Virus record (IMG/VR): IMGVR_UViG_3300027985_000918
Coordinates: 310,001-374,000 of that record
Direction: 5' to 3' (one strand)
Length of the DNA stretch: 64,000 nucleotides
Position 1 is the first letter of the stretch. Each line of letters opens with the position of its first letter. The notes under the pieces are model-generated. The model ran no database searches, was not told where the DNA came from, and saw nothing but the letters and a program-made list of their open reading frames with translations. Shown one piece after another: positions 7,063 to 15,913 of this stretch. Position numbers and translations under genes: made by a program.

Positions 7063-9552
7063 TCATGCCGCTTTGCGATCCACCGTGAAGTGTTCCCCCG
7101 TGACGTACACGGTCAGCAGCAGCCCGTTGCCCAGGGGGAAGAAGGTACCCTCCTCCTTCTCCGCCTTGGCGAGCTTGATGTCCGGGAAATCCTGGGAGAT
7201 CTGCTCCGCCGTCCGGGCCGATGTGGTGAAGCTCTCCGGGAGGAGGCCGGTGGCCCCAACGTAGAACACCAAGGGGCAAACCTTCTGCTGGTAGATGTCC
7301 GAGATCGCCCGGTCCACCCTCTTCAGCGTCTCCGCCAGCACCTCAACCTGCTGATCCCGATCGGCCACCGGCTCCCGGATGGCGAACATGAACGCCTTCC
7401 GGTCGTCGTAGTCGAGCCCAGCCTCCTGGAGCACGTCGAGGATGTGGCCGTTGTCCTCCAGGCCGAGGAAATCGGCGTAGATGGGGTAAGCCAGGGCGTC
7501 CACGGCATCGAGCTTCGTGCGAGACGAGAGCTGCTTGATTCCCCAGATGTTGTTCTTCCCCAGCCACATGTCGAGAGTGGGCTTTTCCACCTTCTCCCGC
7601 TTGTCATCCTGGAGGCTCCCGTCTCCGCCTCGAACCAGAGTGAATCTCCTCTGGAGGTAGGCGTTGCCAGAGGCGAGCTTACCGAGGTTCGTGATCTCGG
7701 CCGTACCCACCTCGACCCTGTAGGACAGGCGAGTGTCCACCTCTCCCTTGGCGATGGCCTCTTGGAGGTCAGTGTAGGGCACCGTCGAGGGCGGGGAGAA
7801 GTACAGGGAAGGGGTCAGATGGTACTGCCCCAGCTCTGCGATCTGGTCCCCCGTCAAGCTGGTGGAGCTGGACTTGAGGACCCCCGACAGGATCTTGCTC
7901 AGGACCGTGAACTTCGCCAGCTTGTCGAAGGTGCTGGGCTGGATGTCGAACTCCTGGCTGAAGTCCACCAGCGGCAGGTTCGCCATGTCAATCACCAGCA
8001 TGGCCGCCGGGTCGAACTCCCCGTCCACCACCCCCAAGGCCTTCAGTGCCCGGAAGGCCCTCTTGTCGGAGGTCTGGATCGGGAGCTTGGTCGTAGTGAC
8101 CTCCCCGTCCCCGATGAGGGTGTAGTTGCGGAAGTCTTTGAGATCTAGAGGGATGCCGGCCACCTTCTCGATGATGGTGCCGGTCTTCTTCTCCACCAGG
8201 TTCACATCCCGGACGAGGCGGATGTTGGCCGTGGCCGTGTTCCGGTTGATCTCCACCGCCGACACCTGGACGAACCCGTCCTTGCCGTTCTTCGGGTGAA
8301 CATCGTACTTCGGCTCCGTGACCGTACCATCCTCGTTGCGGACCCCGGCGACACGCTTGATGCCCCGGCGCTTGTAGTTCTCCATCATCGTCGGGACGTG
8401 AACCCGGATATGGCTGCGGTACTCGTCAATGGTCTGGAGGACCGACAGTGCTGTCGGTCCTTCGAGAGAGAGGCCGTAATTGCCATCCCATCTCCGGGAC
8501 GTGCCCGGGAGACGATTGAAGAGGGACTGCTCCACCCCCTCGGCCATGGAAGCCACTGCGGTGGCCGTGAGAGCCCTGTAGTGAGCCTTCAGGAGGTCGT
8601 CGTCCCTGGCGGAGACCAGGGCGTACTTGGCGACGTTGAAGTTGCCCTCGGAGATGGCAGCACGGGCGTAGGCCAAAGCCAGATCTTCTGGGGCATCCTT
8701 CTCGATGGCCTCGTACTGTTCCTGGGTGATCCCGAACAGCCGGTAGACGGTGGCGTCATCGCTCGCCGAAAGCCCACAGACGTTGATGGTTTCGGTCGTC
8801 CCGAGGACCTTCCTGCCGCTCTTGCTGACGAAGATGCCGTAGTCTGCGTCCCCCAAGTCCAGCTCAATCGTCGGGCTCATGCTGCCCGTCAGAAGCTGCT
8901 GAGTGTCGTAGAACGCCTGGTAGACCTGCTTGATGCTCTTGGCCTGGATGCAGGTACCCGAGAGCTGGTTGGCGATGCCTGCCAGGAGGTTGAAGTCGGA
9001 CCAGTCTCGGTAGGCGACCGTGTTGACGAACACGTTGGGGTGAGCCTTGAGCTGGCCCACGGCCTCCTGAATGGCCTTGTTCTCTCGGCTGGGAGAGCGG
9101 TCGTTGGCGTACCCGTCCGAGTGCAGGGAGATACATGTGATCTCCCCATCGCTGATCAGCTTCTCCGCCGCCGAGAGTCCCTGGCTGATACAGGTGAGCC
9201 CACGGACCTGAAGGTTGCGGATCTCTCGGATCTGGGGAGAGTCCACGCCCATCACATCCTCGATGGGGGTCCGCTCGAAGTGAACCCGCACGTCCCCCAT
9301 CGAACTGTACGTGATGAGGCTAACCTTCAACCCTGGGTTGTTGAACTCGTCGAGAGTCAGCACCTTCTCTACGGTAGCCTTGAGATCCCTGAGATCATGG
9401 TACATGGATCCGGACACATCGAAGACGAAAATGTGGTGGCTGGGGGATGATGCCGGAGCCGACTTCGACGTGTCTTTGACCTCGGTCTCGACACGGTAGA
9501 ATTCGACAGGCTCTCCCTTGAAGTTCCGAAGGGCGAATCGGGTCTGACTCAT
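7063..9552 (-). CDS. Large vWA (MIDAS) domain protein
   Basis: HIFVFDVSGSM (DxSxS), GLTCIS, LHSDGY; 829 aa; GGAG RBS. Confidence 0.88.
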   Translation of the reverse strand: MSQTRFALRNFKGEPVEFYRVETEVKDTSKSAPASSPSHHIFVFDVSGSMYHDLRDLKATVEKVLTLDEFNNPGLKVSLITYSSMGDVRVHFERTPIEDVMGVDSPQIREIRNLQVRGLTCISQGLSAAEKLISDGEITCISLHSDGYANDRSPSRENKAIQEAVGQLKAHPNVFVNTVAYRDWSDFNLLAGIANQLSGTCIQAKSIKQVYQAFYDTQQLLTGSMSPTIELDLGDADYGIFVSKSGRKVLGTTETINVCGLSASDDATVYRLFGITQEQYEAIEKDAPEDLALAYARAAISEGNFNVAKYALVSARDDDLLKAHYRALTATAVASMAEGVEQSLFNRLPGTSRRWDGNYGLSLEGPTALSVLQTIDEYRSHIRVHVPTMMENYKRRGIKRVAGVRNEDGTVTEPKYDVHPKNGKDGFVQVSAVEINRNTATANIRLVRDVNLVEKKTGTIIEKVAGIPLDLKDFRNYTLIGDGEVTTTKLPIQTSDKRAFRALKALGVVDGEFDPAAMLVIDMANLPLVDFSQEFDIQPSTFDKLAKFTVLSKILSGVLKSSSTSLTGDQIAELGQYHLTPSLYFSPPSTVPYTDLQEAIAKGEVDTRLSYRVEVGTAEITNLGKLASGNAYLQRRFTLVRGGDGSLQDDKREKVEKPTLDMWLGKNNIWGIKQLSSRTKLDAVDALAYPIYADFLGLEDNGHILDVLQEAGLDYDDRKAFMFAIREPVADRDQQVEVLAETLKRVDRAISDIYQQKVCPLVFYVGATGLLPESFTTSARTAEQISQDFPDIKLAKAEKEEGTFFPLGNGLLLTVYVTGEHFTVDRKAA

Positions 9553-9586
9553 GGGTACTTCTCCGTTGGGTGTGGTTCCTGGGAGC

Positions 9587-9612
9587 TTACCCTTTTTTCA
9601 AATTTGGTTACC
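9587..9612 (-). promoter_or_regulatory. Putative class-II promoter (divergent pair, leftward)
   Basis: Minus strand GGTAAC-N16-GTAA, upstream of the vWA gene. Confidence 0.6.
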
Positions 9613-9617
9613 CCCTA

Positions 9618-9644
9618 GGTAACAACTCTCACATTGAGGGGTAG
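9618..9644 (+). promoter_or_regulatory. Putative class-II promoter (divergent pair, rightward)
   Basis: GGTAAC-N17-GTAG, upstream of 9674. Confidence 0.6.
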
Positions 9645-9673
9645 GGGAACCGCACCCCTAAGGAGGAAAAGAG

Positions 9674-10033
9674 ATGATCAACTTGACTATGCACAAGGCC
9701 ACCCCAGATCAGAGTGAAGCAGGAGTGACCGACCTTCCAGCCGAAAAGGTCGAGAAGGTCAAGTGCCTCCTCAACTTCCAGAATCTCCCCACATCGGAAG
9801 ATGTGGAAGAGAGAGCCGCTCGGCTGGCGGAGCTGGCAGCAGAAGAAGGGGCAACCTCTGCCATGATCGGGGGGGCTCCCTTCCTCATGGCACCCCTCGC
9901 ACAGCATCTGAAGCAGAGCCACATCACGCCCTTCTTCGCCTTCTCCCGACGGGAGGTCGTCGAAGGTGAGGGGGTGAACGGTGAGGTCGTGAAAACCAGC
10001 GTGTTCCGGCACGCCGGTTTTGTGGCAGCCTAG
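9674..10033 (+). CDS. Small Rossmann-like protein resembling Csx20/Csx15 (candidate ring nuclease)
   Basis: NLTMHKATPDQ, AMIGGAP, FAFSRRE...GEVVKTSVFRHAGF resemble Csx20-type motifs; strong AGGAGG RBS. Confidence 0.55.
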   Translation: MINLTMHKATPDQSEAGVTDLPAEKVEKVKCLLNFQNLPTSEDVEERAARLAELAAEEGATSAMIGGAPFLMAPLAQHLKQSHITPFFAFSRREVVEGEGVNGEVVKTSVFRHAGFVAA

Positions 10034-10066
10034 TCCCCCCTGTCCCCCCGCCTGAGGAAACTCACC

Positions 10067-11203
10067 TTGGACAAAAACACCACCCTAATGCGCCTGCTCT
10101 CCCGTTTCTGTGTGGATCACGAGGTTGGAGATCACACCTACGTTGTCGGCGGAGCCGTCCGGGACTTCTTGCTGGGGCGCCCTATCAAAGACGTGGACGT
10201 GGTCACGGACACCGTCAACGGAGGGCTGACCAGCGAGCTGCTGGCCCAGAGTCTGGCCCAGCAGTTCCAGGGATCTACCATCGTGACCAACAACTACGGG
10301 GTCGCCATCCTCACCCTGAGAGGCTGCGTCTACGAGGGGGTATGCCTAGACGGGATGGTCGTCGAAATTGCCAACGCCCGGAAAGAGTCCTATGGGGGGA
10401 AGACCGGAAAAGGCTACAAGCCTCACATGGTCGAACCGGCCTCCATTCAGGAGGATGTGGTCCGACGGGAGTTCCGGTTCAACACCCTCCTATGGAGGAT
10501 GGCCGACATCCAAGAAGGGCCGGTGGCGGCAAGAGTTCTTGACCTGACCGGCATGGGCCTGACGGACATCCGAGAGGGACAGATGGTGTGCCCGACGGAC
10601 CCCAACAAGGTGTTCACCGACGACCCCACTCGGATGCTCAGGGCGGTCAAGTTCGGCCTACGGCTCGGGTTCAACCTGGGGAGCCTGGAACTGGCCTGCA
10701 TCCAAACCCACGCCAGGGCGCTGCTGAACGTCCCCCCGAATGCGGTGGCAGTCATCCTGCTGAACGACATCTTCGGGGTGGACGTCCGGGAAGGTCTGAG
10801 GATGCTGGAACACATGGAGCTGCTTCCCGTGGTGAGAGAGATGGCGGATACCAACCCAGCCTTTCGCACCACCCTGACCCACTGGGCACGGCCCCGGGTC
10901 CATGCCATGCTGGATCTGGTCGAGGTGGGCCGCCTCCCCGTATCCGGGGGTCTGGAGATCATGCTGGGGGAGGAAGGAATGGGGAAGCTACGGCTCGCCG
11001 TTCATGAAATGGACGACCCGATGGCTCTGAGATTCGTCGAGGCGCTTCGCCAGCCGGGAAAGGTGATGGACACCCAAAAGGTGGCCATGCAGAGAGGCCT
11101 CACGGGGGCTCGGATGGGGGAGATCACGGTGGAAGCCCGGAACCTCCTACTGGAATCACCCAGCCTGTTCCGAGAGGGTCTCACGCAGGCGATGCTCCGG
11201 TGA
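10067..11203 (+). CDS. Class II tRNA nucleotidyltransferase (CCA-adding / poly(A) polymerase family)
   Basis: YVVGGAVRDFLLGRPIKDVDV, ARKESY, DVVRREFRFN, DDPTRMLRAVKF. Confidence 0.9.
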   Translation: MDKNTTLMRLLSRFCVDHEVGDHTYVVGGAVRDFLLGRPIKDVDVVTDTVNGGLTSELLAQSLAQQFQGSTIVTNNYGVAILTLRGCVYEGVCLDGMVVEIANARKESYGGKTGKGYKPHMVEPASIQEDVVRREFRFNTLLWRMADIQEGPVAARVLDLTGMGLTDIREGQMVCPTDPNKVFTDDPTRMLRAVKFGLRLGFNLGSLELACIQTHARALLNVPPNAVAVILLNDIFGVDVREGLRMLEHMELLPVVREMADTNPAFRTTLTHWARPRVHAMLDLVEVGRLPVSGGLEIMLGEEGMGKLRLAVHEMDDPMALRFVEALRQPGKVMDTQKVAMQRGLTGARMGEITVEARNLLLESPSLFREGLTQAMLR

Positions 11204-11849
11204 GTCGAGGGTCTTCCGGACCCTCGACTCGCTGGACAACCACCCCATGCTTTTCCAAGTACGACACCCCGTTCTCCCCAGCGTAGCCCCCCTCCACGAT
11301 GTACACACCCTTGATCCCAGCATGGTGGATCAGCTTCGAGCACATCATGCAGGGCTCTCCCGTCACAATGAGCCAAGCCCCCGCCGTTGCCACCCCTGCG
11401 GCTGCGGCGTTGCAAATGACATTCATCTCAGCGTGGTGGCAACCGATCTCCACCCGGGTCCCCGATTTGACACCGGGGTACTTGAAGGCCAGCTCTTGCC
11501 GGAACTCTTCCGCAGCTTCGGAGTTGCCGAAACTGAACTCCTGGTCCATCCCCCCGGGGGCCCATCCCCTAAGACGGCCCGTCGGGATGTGCTCAACGAG
11601 CCATTCCATAGGAGGATTCGAGACCGGGACCACCCTGGTATCCTTCAGAGGATAGCCGTCCCTCTCGCAGAAATGACCCCCACACAAGGGGCCGTCGGCC
11701 CCCCGAGGACCACCGTTGTAGCCGTCCATGAGGATGACGTTCCGCTTGATGTCGAGCAGAAAAGCGCCGAACTTCCTCCGGGGACAGTTACTGGCCTTGG
11801 CCAGAGAAAGGCACTGCTCAATGCGGATGGCAAGGTGCTTGGGGTTCAT
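11181..11849 (-). CDS. dCMP deaminase
   Basis: SNCPRRKFGA, GYNG, HAEMN, PCMMC zinc motifs. Confidence 0.93.
   Translation of the reverse strand: MNPKHLAIRIEQCLSLAKASNCPRRKFGAFLLDIKRNVILMDGYNGGPRGADGPLCGGHFCERDGYPLKDTRVVPVSNPPMEWLVEHIPTGRLRGWAPGGMDQEFSFGNSEAAEEFRQELAFKYPGVKSGTRVEIGCHHAEMNVICNAAAAGVATAGAWLIVTGEPCMMCSKLIHHAGIKGVYIVEGGYAGENGVSYLEKHGVVVQRVEGPEDPRLTGASPA
11202..11230. terminator. Perfect 12-bp hairpin at the junction of convergent genes
   Basis: GAGTCGAGGGTC-ttccg-GACCCTCGACTC; no U-tract. Confidence 0.45.
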
Positions 11850-11878
11850 GAGGATATCTCCCGGAGGTCTTGGGGGGT

Positions 11879-12229
11879 CTACCGACGGCCCTCAGTGGCT
11901 TCTACCACCTGCCAAGGCTCGGCCCCTGACAACGAACAGAGGGGCTCCCTTTGAAGGGAAGGGGTCTCCAGCAGGCCATCACACCGCTCGTTCAGGATGA
12001 ACAGAACCTCTTGGATGTCGATGTTGTGGGCTTTGAGCATTGAGAGCAGGACGAACAGTACGTCCCCCGCCTCTGCAGCAGGAGACGAGTCTCCCTTTCC
12101 CCGCAAAGATTCAATGAACTCAGAGACTTCGAGGTGGAGATAGCAACCCCCGTTGCTCCAGTTACGCTCCCACCGATGGTGGATGCAGACGGAGATACAC
12201 TTCTCGGCCACTTCCTCAACAGTTAGCAT
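11879..12229 (-). CDS. MazG-like nucleotide pyrophosphohydrolase
   Basis: LHLEVSEFIE...EAGDVLFVLL all-alpha NTP-PPase motif; GGAGG RBS. Confidence 0.75.
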   Translation of the reverse strand: MLTVEEVAEKCISVCIHHRWERNWSNGGCYLHLEVSEFIESLRGKGDSSPAAEAGDVLFVLLSMLKAHNIDIQEVLFILNERCDGLLETPSLQREPLCSLSGAEPWQVVEATEGRR

Positions 12230-12447
12230 AGGTCCTCCAGATGTTCCTGAGGGACATTACTCTCACTGGGGGAAGAGCCGAACCCCCCTGTGGGGCTTGT
12301 GGGCGTACTTGTTGGGCTCCTTGTGCATCGGGTGGCCTTGGGGGCCATTCCCCGGCAAAGGGGCCTCCAGCGCCTCCTATGAGGCTGTCCGATGGTTGTC
12401 CACCTGGGGATCGTTCGGAACCAGATCCCAGATGCTGCTCACAACCT

Positions 12448-12807
12448 TCATCCCGCCAGCCCCAAGGCTTCCCGCATCGACGGAGCCCTACGGCCCATCA
12501 ACTCGGACATCGAGCTGACCACCTTACGGGCGGCACTCTTCACCGGATTGTCCTTAGCCAAGATGGTCTGGAAGACTCCGCTGTTGATCTCATCCACATC
12601 GTGGATGGTCAGACCCTCGGGGTCCTCGAACCCCAACGCCGTCCTGGTCACGACCTGAGGAGACTGCGGCTGCGGCTGGGGATAGGGCTCCACCTGGCGG
12701 TAACCCTGCCCCTTGGCAGCATCGGCAGCAACGAGTTTTGCACGGTAGTCGGCCACACTGCCGACCCTGTAGGTATCCACTTCCGGGACCGGAATGCGCT
12801 TCTCCAT
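12448..12807 (-). CDS. Hypothetical late protein
   Basis: Start MEKRIP with GGAGG RBS, downstream of a class-I promoter. Confidence 0.6.
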   Translation of the reverse strand: MEKRIPVPEVDTYRVGSVADYRAKLVAADAAKGQGYRQVEPYPQPQPQSPQVVTRTALGFEDPEGLTIHDVDEINSGVFQTILAKDNPVKSAARKVVSSMSELMGRRAPSMREALGLAG

Positions 12808-12835
12808 TGGGGGATGCCTCCTTGTAAGCACACGC

Positions 12836-12866
12836 ACACCAATGGATTTTCTATAGGCCAATTATT
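12836..12866 (-). promoter_or_regulatory. Putative class-I (late) promoter
   Basis: AAT-AATTGGCC-TAT-N13-GTGT. Confidence 0.6.
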
Positions 12867-12970
12867 GGCTGGTGTTCCGAACCCCCCGGGATCACAAAAC
12901 AAAACCGTCGGTCCCGCACCTCAAGGAGAGGCGTATCGGACTTAGGCCTCTTGGGGGAACCCGTCAAGGA

Positions 12971-14359
12971 TCACAGGAAGTTGCGGGGACTGAGAACCCC
13001 ACGCCCGACATGGGGGCCGAAGGCGGAGCGGATGCCGAGTCCGTACTTAGGCTGCTGAAGCCCTCGGATGTACTTGACTGTCCGAGCCTTAGCCTCGGTA
13101 GCCTTGTCGAACTGGGACTCGGCATTCTGCTTCAGAGACTCGTACTTGCTAGACTTTTCAAGAGAGAGGCTCACCCCTCCGATGCTGTAATCGAACTCAT
13201 CGGCCACCCAATTCAGGGCCACAGCAAACAGGGCATGGACGATGGCCCCCCAAAGAACAGCGGTCTTCCACCCTGCGGTGGCGTTGGTGTTCACCAAGAG
13301 GTTGATGTTGCCGACGCTGAACGTGGACGGAGGGAACATGTTCCACCAGTCCAGAGCTGCGTCCAGGTACACCTTCAACTCGGCATCCTCCCAAATCTGA
13401 CCGAACACCCGGTCGTAGTTCCCCACCCTCCCCGAATGCTCTGGGGGCCGGAAATGGTAAAACTTGTCGGGGCTATTACTGACCACCACCCGACTCCGGT
13501 GGAGCACAAAATTGTGCCATTCCTCGGCAGTCATGTCGTACATGAACTGCCTTTTAGGAAGTTCACGCCTTGTTTGGACCGTGGGGGAAATAATACCCCC
13601 CATCTCACTCACACCCAGCAGGCATCCACCCGTGGAAAGATTCTGCGCCTCTTCTTTCCGGGTTGGCGTCATAAATACCCGGTGTCCTGCGGTGAGGACG
13701 AAAGGACCGAAATCCGTAGTGCCCTCGATGATAGTCTCCCAGGGGACCTCTGCCCGCTGCACATGGACCACCCGCCTCCACTCCACCACCCCCTCCGGGG
13801 ATACGGACTGGACCCGGAGGGTGCCCTTGAGAAAAGCGGCCCTGAGTTTCTCGCATCCGCCGGTGGACCCGAATTGCAGGATCTCCCACAAATCATCCAT
13901 GCGGACGACCATATACTCCCCGTCTACGTCCAGCTCTACGGTCTCCTCGCCTCCAACACACTGGTCCCTTAGCAAAACCCGGAGCTTGTCAATCATCTCC
14001 TGCTCGGCTGCCGAGTAGTACACCGTAGTCGCTTCTTCATTGGCAGCCACGGAGAACTCCTGGGTCACCGTCTGCTGGGCACTACTGGCATACTGGCGGA
14101 AAGTCCATCTGATCCGGTAAGTCCCGCTCTGAGCCGAAGGAGGGACCATGAGAGCTGCCCAGTATTCTCCAACCTGAGGGTTCACCGGAACCCTCTCGGC
14201 ACTGCCGATCAGAACCTCCACCTCAGGAGGTCCGGGGTCCACATAATACAGGGCGTAGCTGATCTCGTAAGCGTTCACCGGGTTCTCGTTGGAGTCCGCC
14301 AGAAACAGGGCAAGGTCCTTACGAGATGTGGTGTAGCCTGGGAAGAACTGGGTTGCCAT
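12971..14359 (-). CDS. Virion structural protein (neck or head-tail adaptor-like) containing a mini-intein
   Basis: Ig-like N-terminus, helical C-terminus (DYSIGGVSLS); intein inserted after LRDQ; lies in the late region. Confidence 0.75.
   Translation of the reverse strand: MATQFFPGYTTSRKDLALFLADSNENPVNAYEISYALYYVDPGPPEVEVLIGSAERVPVNPQVGEYWAALMVPPSAQSGTYRIRWTFRQYASSAQQTVTQEFSVAANEEATTVYYSAAEQEMIDKLRVLLRDQCVGGEETVELDVDGEYMVVRMDDLWEILQFGSTGGCEKLRAAFLKGTLRVQSVSPEGVVEWRRVVHVQRAEVPWETIIEGTTDFGPFVLTAGHRVFMTPTRKEEAQNLSTGGCLLGVSEMGGIISPTVQTRRELPKRQFMYDMTAEEWHNFVLHRSRVVVSNSPDKFYHFRPPEHSGRVGNYDRVFGQIWEDAELKVYLDAALDWWNMFPPSTFSVGNINLLVNTNATAGWKTAVLWGAIVHALFAVALNWVADEFDYSIGGVSLSLEKSSKYESLKQNAESQFDKATEAKARTVKYIRGLQQPKYGLGIRSAFGPHVGRGVLSPRNFL
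13475..13960 (-). mobile_element. Mini-intein (162 aa, no homing endonuclease)
   Basis: Cys1 (CVGGEETV), block B TAGH, block F MYDMTAEEWHNF, C-terminal VVVSN followed by Ser+1. Confidence 0.88.
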
Positions 14360-14362
14360 TGG

Positions 14363-14578
14363 TCAAGCTCCTGCAGCTTGGCAGCGATCGATAATCGAGG
14401 TCACGAAACCCCGGACGACACGAAGGCGGGATAGCACCTCAGCCTTCTCATCGTCAGCCTGGATAAAGTCCAGCAGAAAGTCAGGTCCGTCGGGGAATGC
14501 CCGGAAAGAGTTGACATCGACGGTCGGGATCCCCTCTCCGCCGACTACGTTAACCTCTACGTCGATTCGACCTGGCAT
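14363..14578 (-). CDS. Small hypothetical protein (DUF3467-like)
   Basis: VNSFRAF...FLLDF...VLSRLRV; apparent paralog of 24369..24632. Confidence 0.6.
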   Translation of the reverse strand: MPGRIDVEVNVVGGEGIPTVDVNSFRAFPDGPDFLLDFIQADDEKAEVLSRLRVVRGFVTSIIDRCQAAGA

Positions 14579-14586
14579 CCCCTACC

Positions 14587-14838
14587 TCACATGTGGGTCA
14601 GTGCCTTTAGAGTTTGAACTTCCCTGGCGTACAACAAGGGGGAAATTTTCACCTTCTCGGCACGGAACCAGACCCCCTTCAGTTCCTTGACCTCTGGTGT
14701 GTTCTCGAAGAGGAACACCTTCCGTCCCCCGAAACCTTCAGGGACGCAGTCCACAAACGGAACATCTGCGACCTTGAGAAAAGCGGCGAAGTACAGGTCT
14801 GTCGTCCTGAAACACAGGCTAGGGTCAATCTCAGGCAT
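14587..14838 (-). CDS. Small protein, DUF5659-like
   Basis: FRTTDLYFAAFL...KVFLFE; start MPEID with GGAG RBS. Confidence 0.65.
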   Translation of the reverse strand: MPEIDPSLCFRTTDLYFAAFLKVADVPFVDCVPEGFGGRKVFLFENTPEVKELKGVWFRAEKVKISPLLYAREVQTLKALTHM

Positions 14839-14869
14839 GATGTTCTCCACCAGCCCATTGGGGGCGGCT

Positions 14870-14900
14870 TTACCACAAGGAGGCCTATAGTCAGAACACC
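14870..14900 (-). promoter_or_regulatory. Putative class-I (late) promoter
   Basis: GGT-GTTCTGAC-TAT-N13-GTAA; shares TTCTGACTATA with the 571-601 site. Confidence 0.65.
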
Positions 14901-14910
14901 ATACCGACGA

Positions 14911-14945
14911 CAAAGCCCCGAGAACCTGGGGTTCTCGGGGCTTTG
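14911..14945 (-). terminator. Intrinsic terminator-like hairpin
   Basis: Perfect 16-bp stem CAAAGCCCCGAGAACC-tgg-GGTTCTCGGGGCTTTG after the structural gene triplet. Confidence 0.7.
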
Positions 14946-14965
14946 AGAGGTGGGGGGAGTCGGGA

Positions 14966-15901
14966 TCAGGGGATGCTGTTGCCCGCCGTGTCGTACACGA
15001 CGCAGATGGCGGCGTCCCCATCGGCCGGGAGGGTGGCCTTGGTGAAGGGGTTCACCGCTGCGGGGCGGAGGGCCGTGGGGGTCGTCCCGGTGTAAGACCG
15101 ATTCCTGTTCAGAACCGGAACACCCGTGATGAACCCCGCCAAAACCCCACCTGCGGCCGAGAGGCGCAATGCCTCGGTAACCACGAGCTGGGGCATAGGG
15201 CGGTACCCAGCGTCGTCCGAAGTCAGGAAGCCTCCGGAGGCATACACCTGGCTAGCGTAGGTGGAGTTTGCCACCCGACTGGCCCGGGTGGCGGCCGACA
15301 TGAAGGCGCCCGCCTGGTCGGCCAGGATGGTGTTCGTCCGAAGACGGTACACCTCTCCCGACAGAATCCGCATGATGTCATCCACCGCCCCAAACGACTG
15401 GGAGAGAGCCCCCGAACCGTCCAAATCGGTGTTGGCACCTGCCCGGGTCACCAGAAGGGCGTTGATGACAGCAAGGGTCAGATCCGAACCCGCCGCCACC
15501 AGAGCCACGATGTCGTCGTACAGGTTGTTGAGCTGAGCCTGATCCAGGGTATCCCCCGCACCACCCGGGTTGACGTGAACTCGGTCACGGAGGTACGCCT
15601 TGAGGCCAAACTCAGTGGCCTGGGTGAGGGACGAGTCATTGCCAGCCGGGGCCACCACGTCAGCCGCAGCCAGAGCGGTGATGGTATCGGTGGTGGCAGA
15701 CCCACTGAGCAAGCCCTCGGCCACGTCCACGGTCTGGTCATCGGCCTCAGCGTCGAAACTGAACTTCAGGTAGCTCGACTGCCCGTTCCCTTCCAGGACG
15801 TTGTTCTTCTGGGAGTTGTTGGGGCGAAGGTCGTAGACATACAGCCCCATCCCATTCAGGTCATTCCGCAAAGGAACGATGTAGGCACGATTCACAGCCA
15901 T
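14966..15901 (-). CDS. Virion structural protein (paralog 3)
   Basis: Ala/Gly/Thr-rich; shares N-terminal RAYI..RNDL..DLxPNxSQ and C-terminal VVYDxxG with its neighbours. Confidence 0.75.
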   Translation of the reverse strand: MAVNRAYIVPLRNDLNGMGLYVYDLRPNNSQKNNVLEGNGQSSYLKFSFDAEADDQTVDVAEGLLSGSATTDTITALAAADVVAPAGNDSSLTQATEFGLKAYLRDRVHVNPGGAGDTLDQAQLNNLYDDIVALVAAGSDLTLAVINALLVTRAGANTDLDGSGALSQSFGAVDDIMRILSGEVYRLRTNTILADQAGAFMSAATRASRVANSTYASQVYASGGFLTSDDAGYRPMPQLVVTEALRLSAAGGVLAGFITGVPVLNRNRSYTGTTPTALRPAAVNPFTKATLPADGDAAICVVYDTAGNSIP

Positions 15902-15913
15902 CGGACTCTCCTA

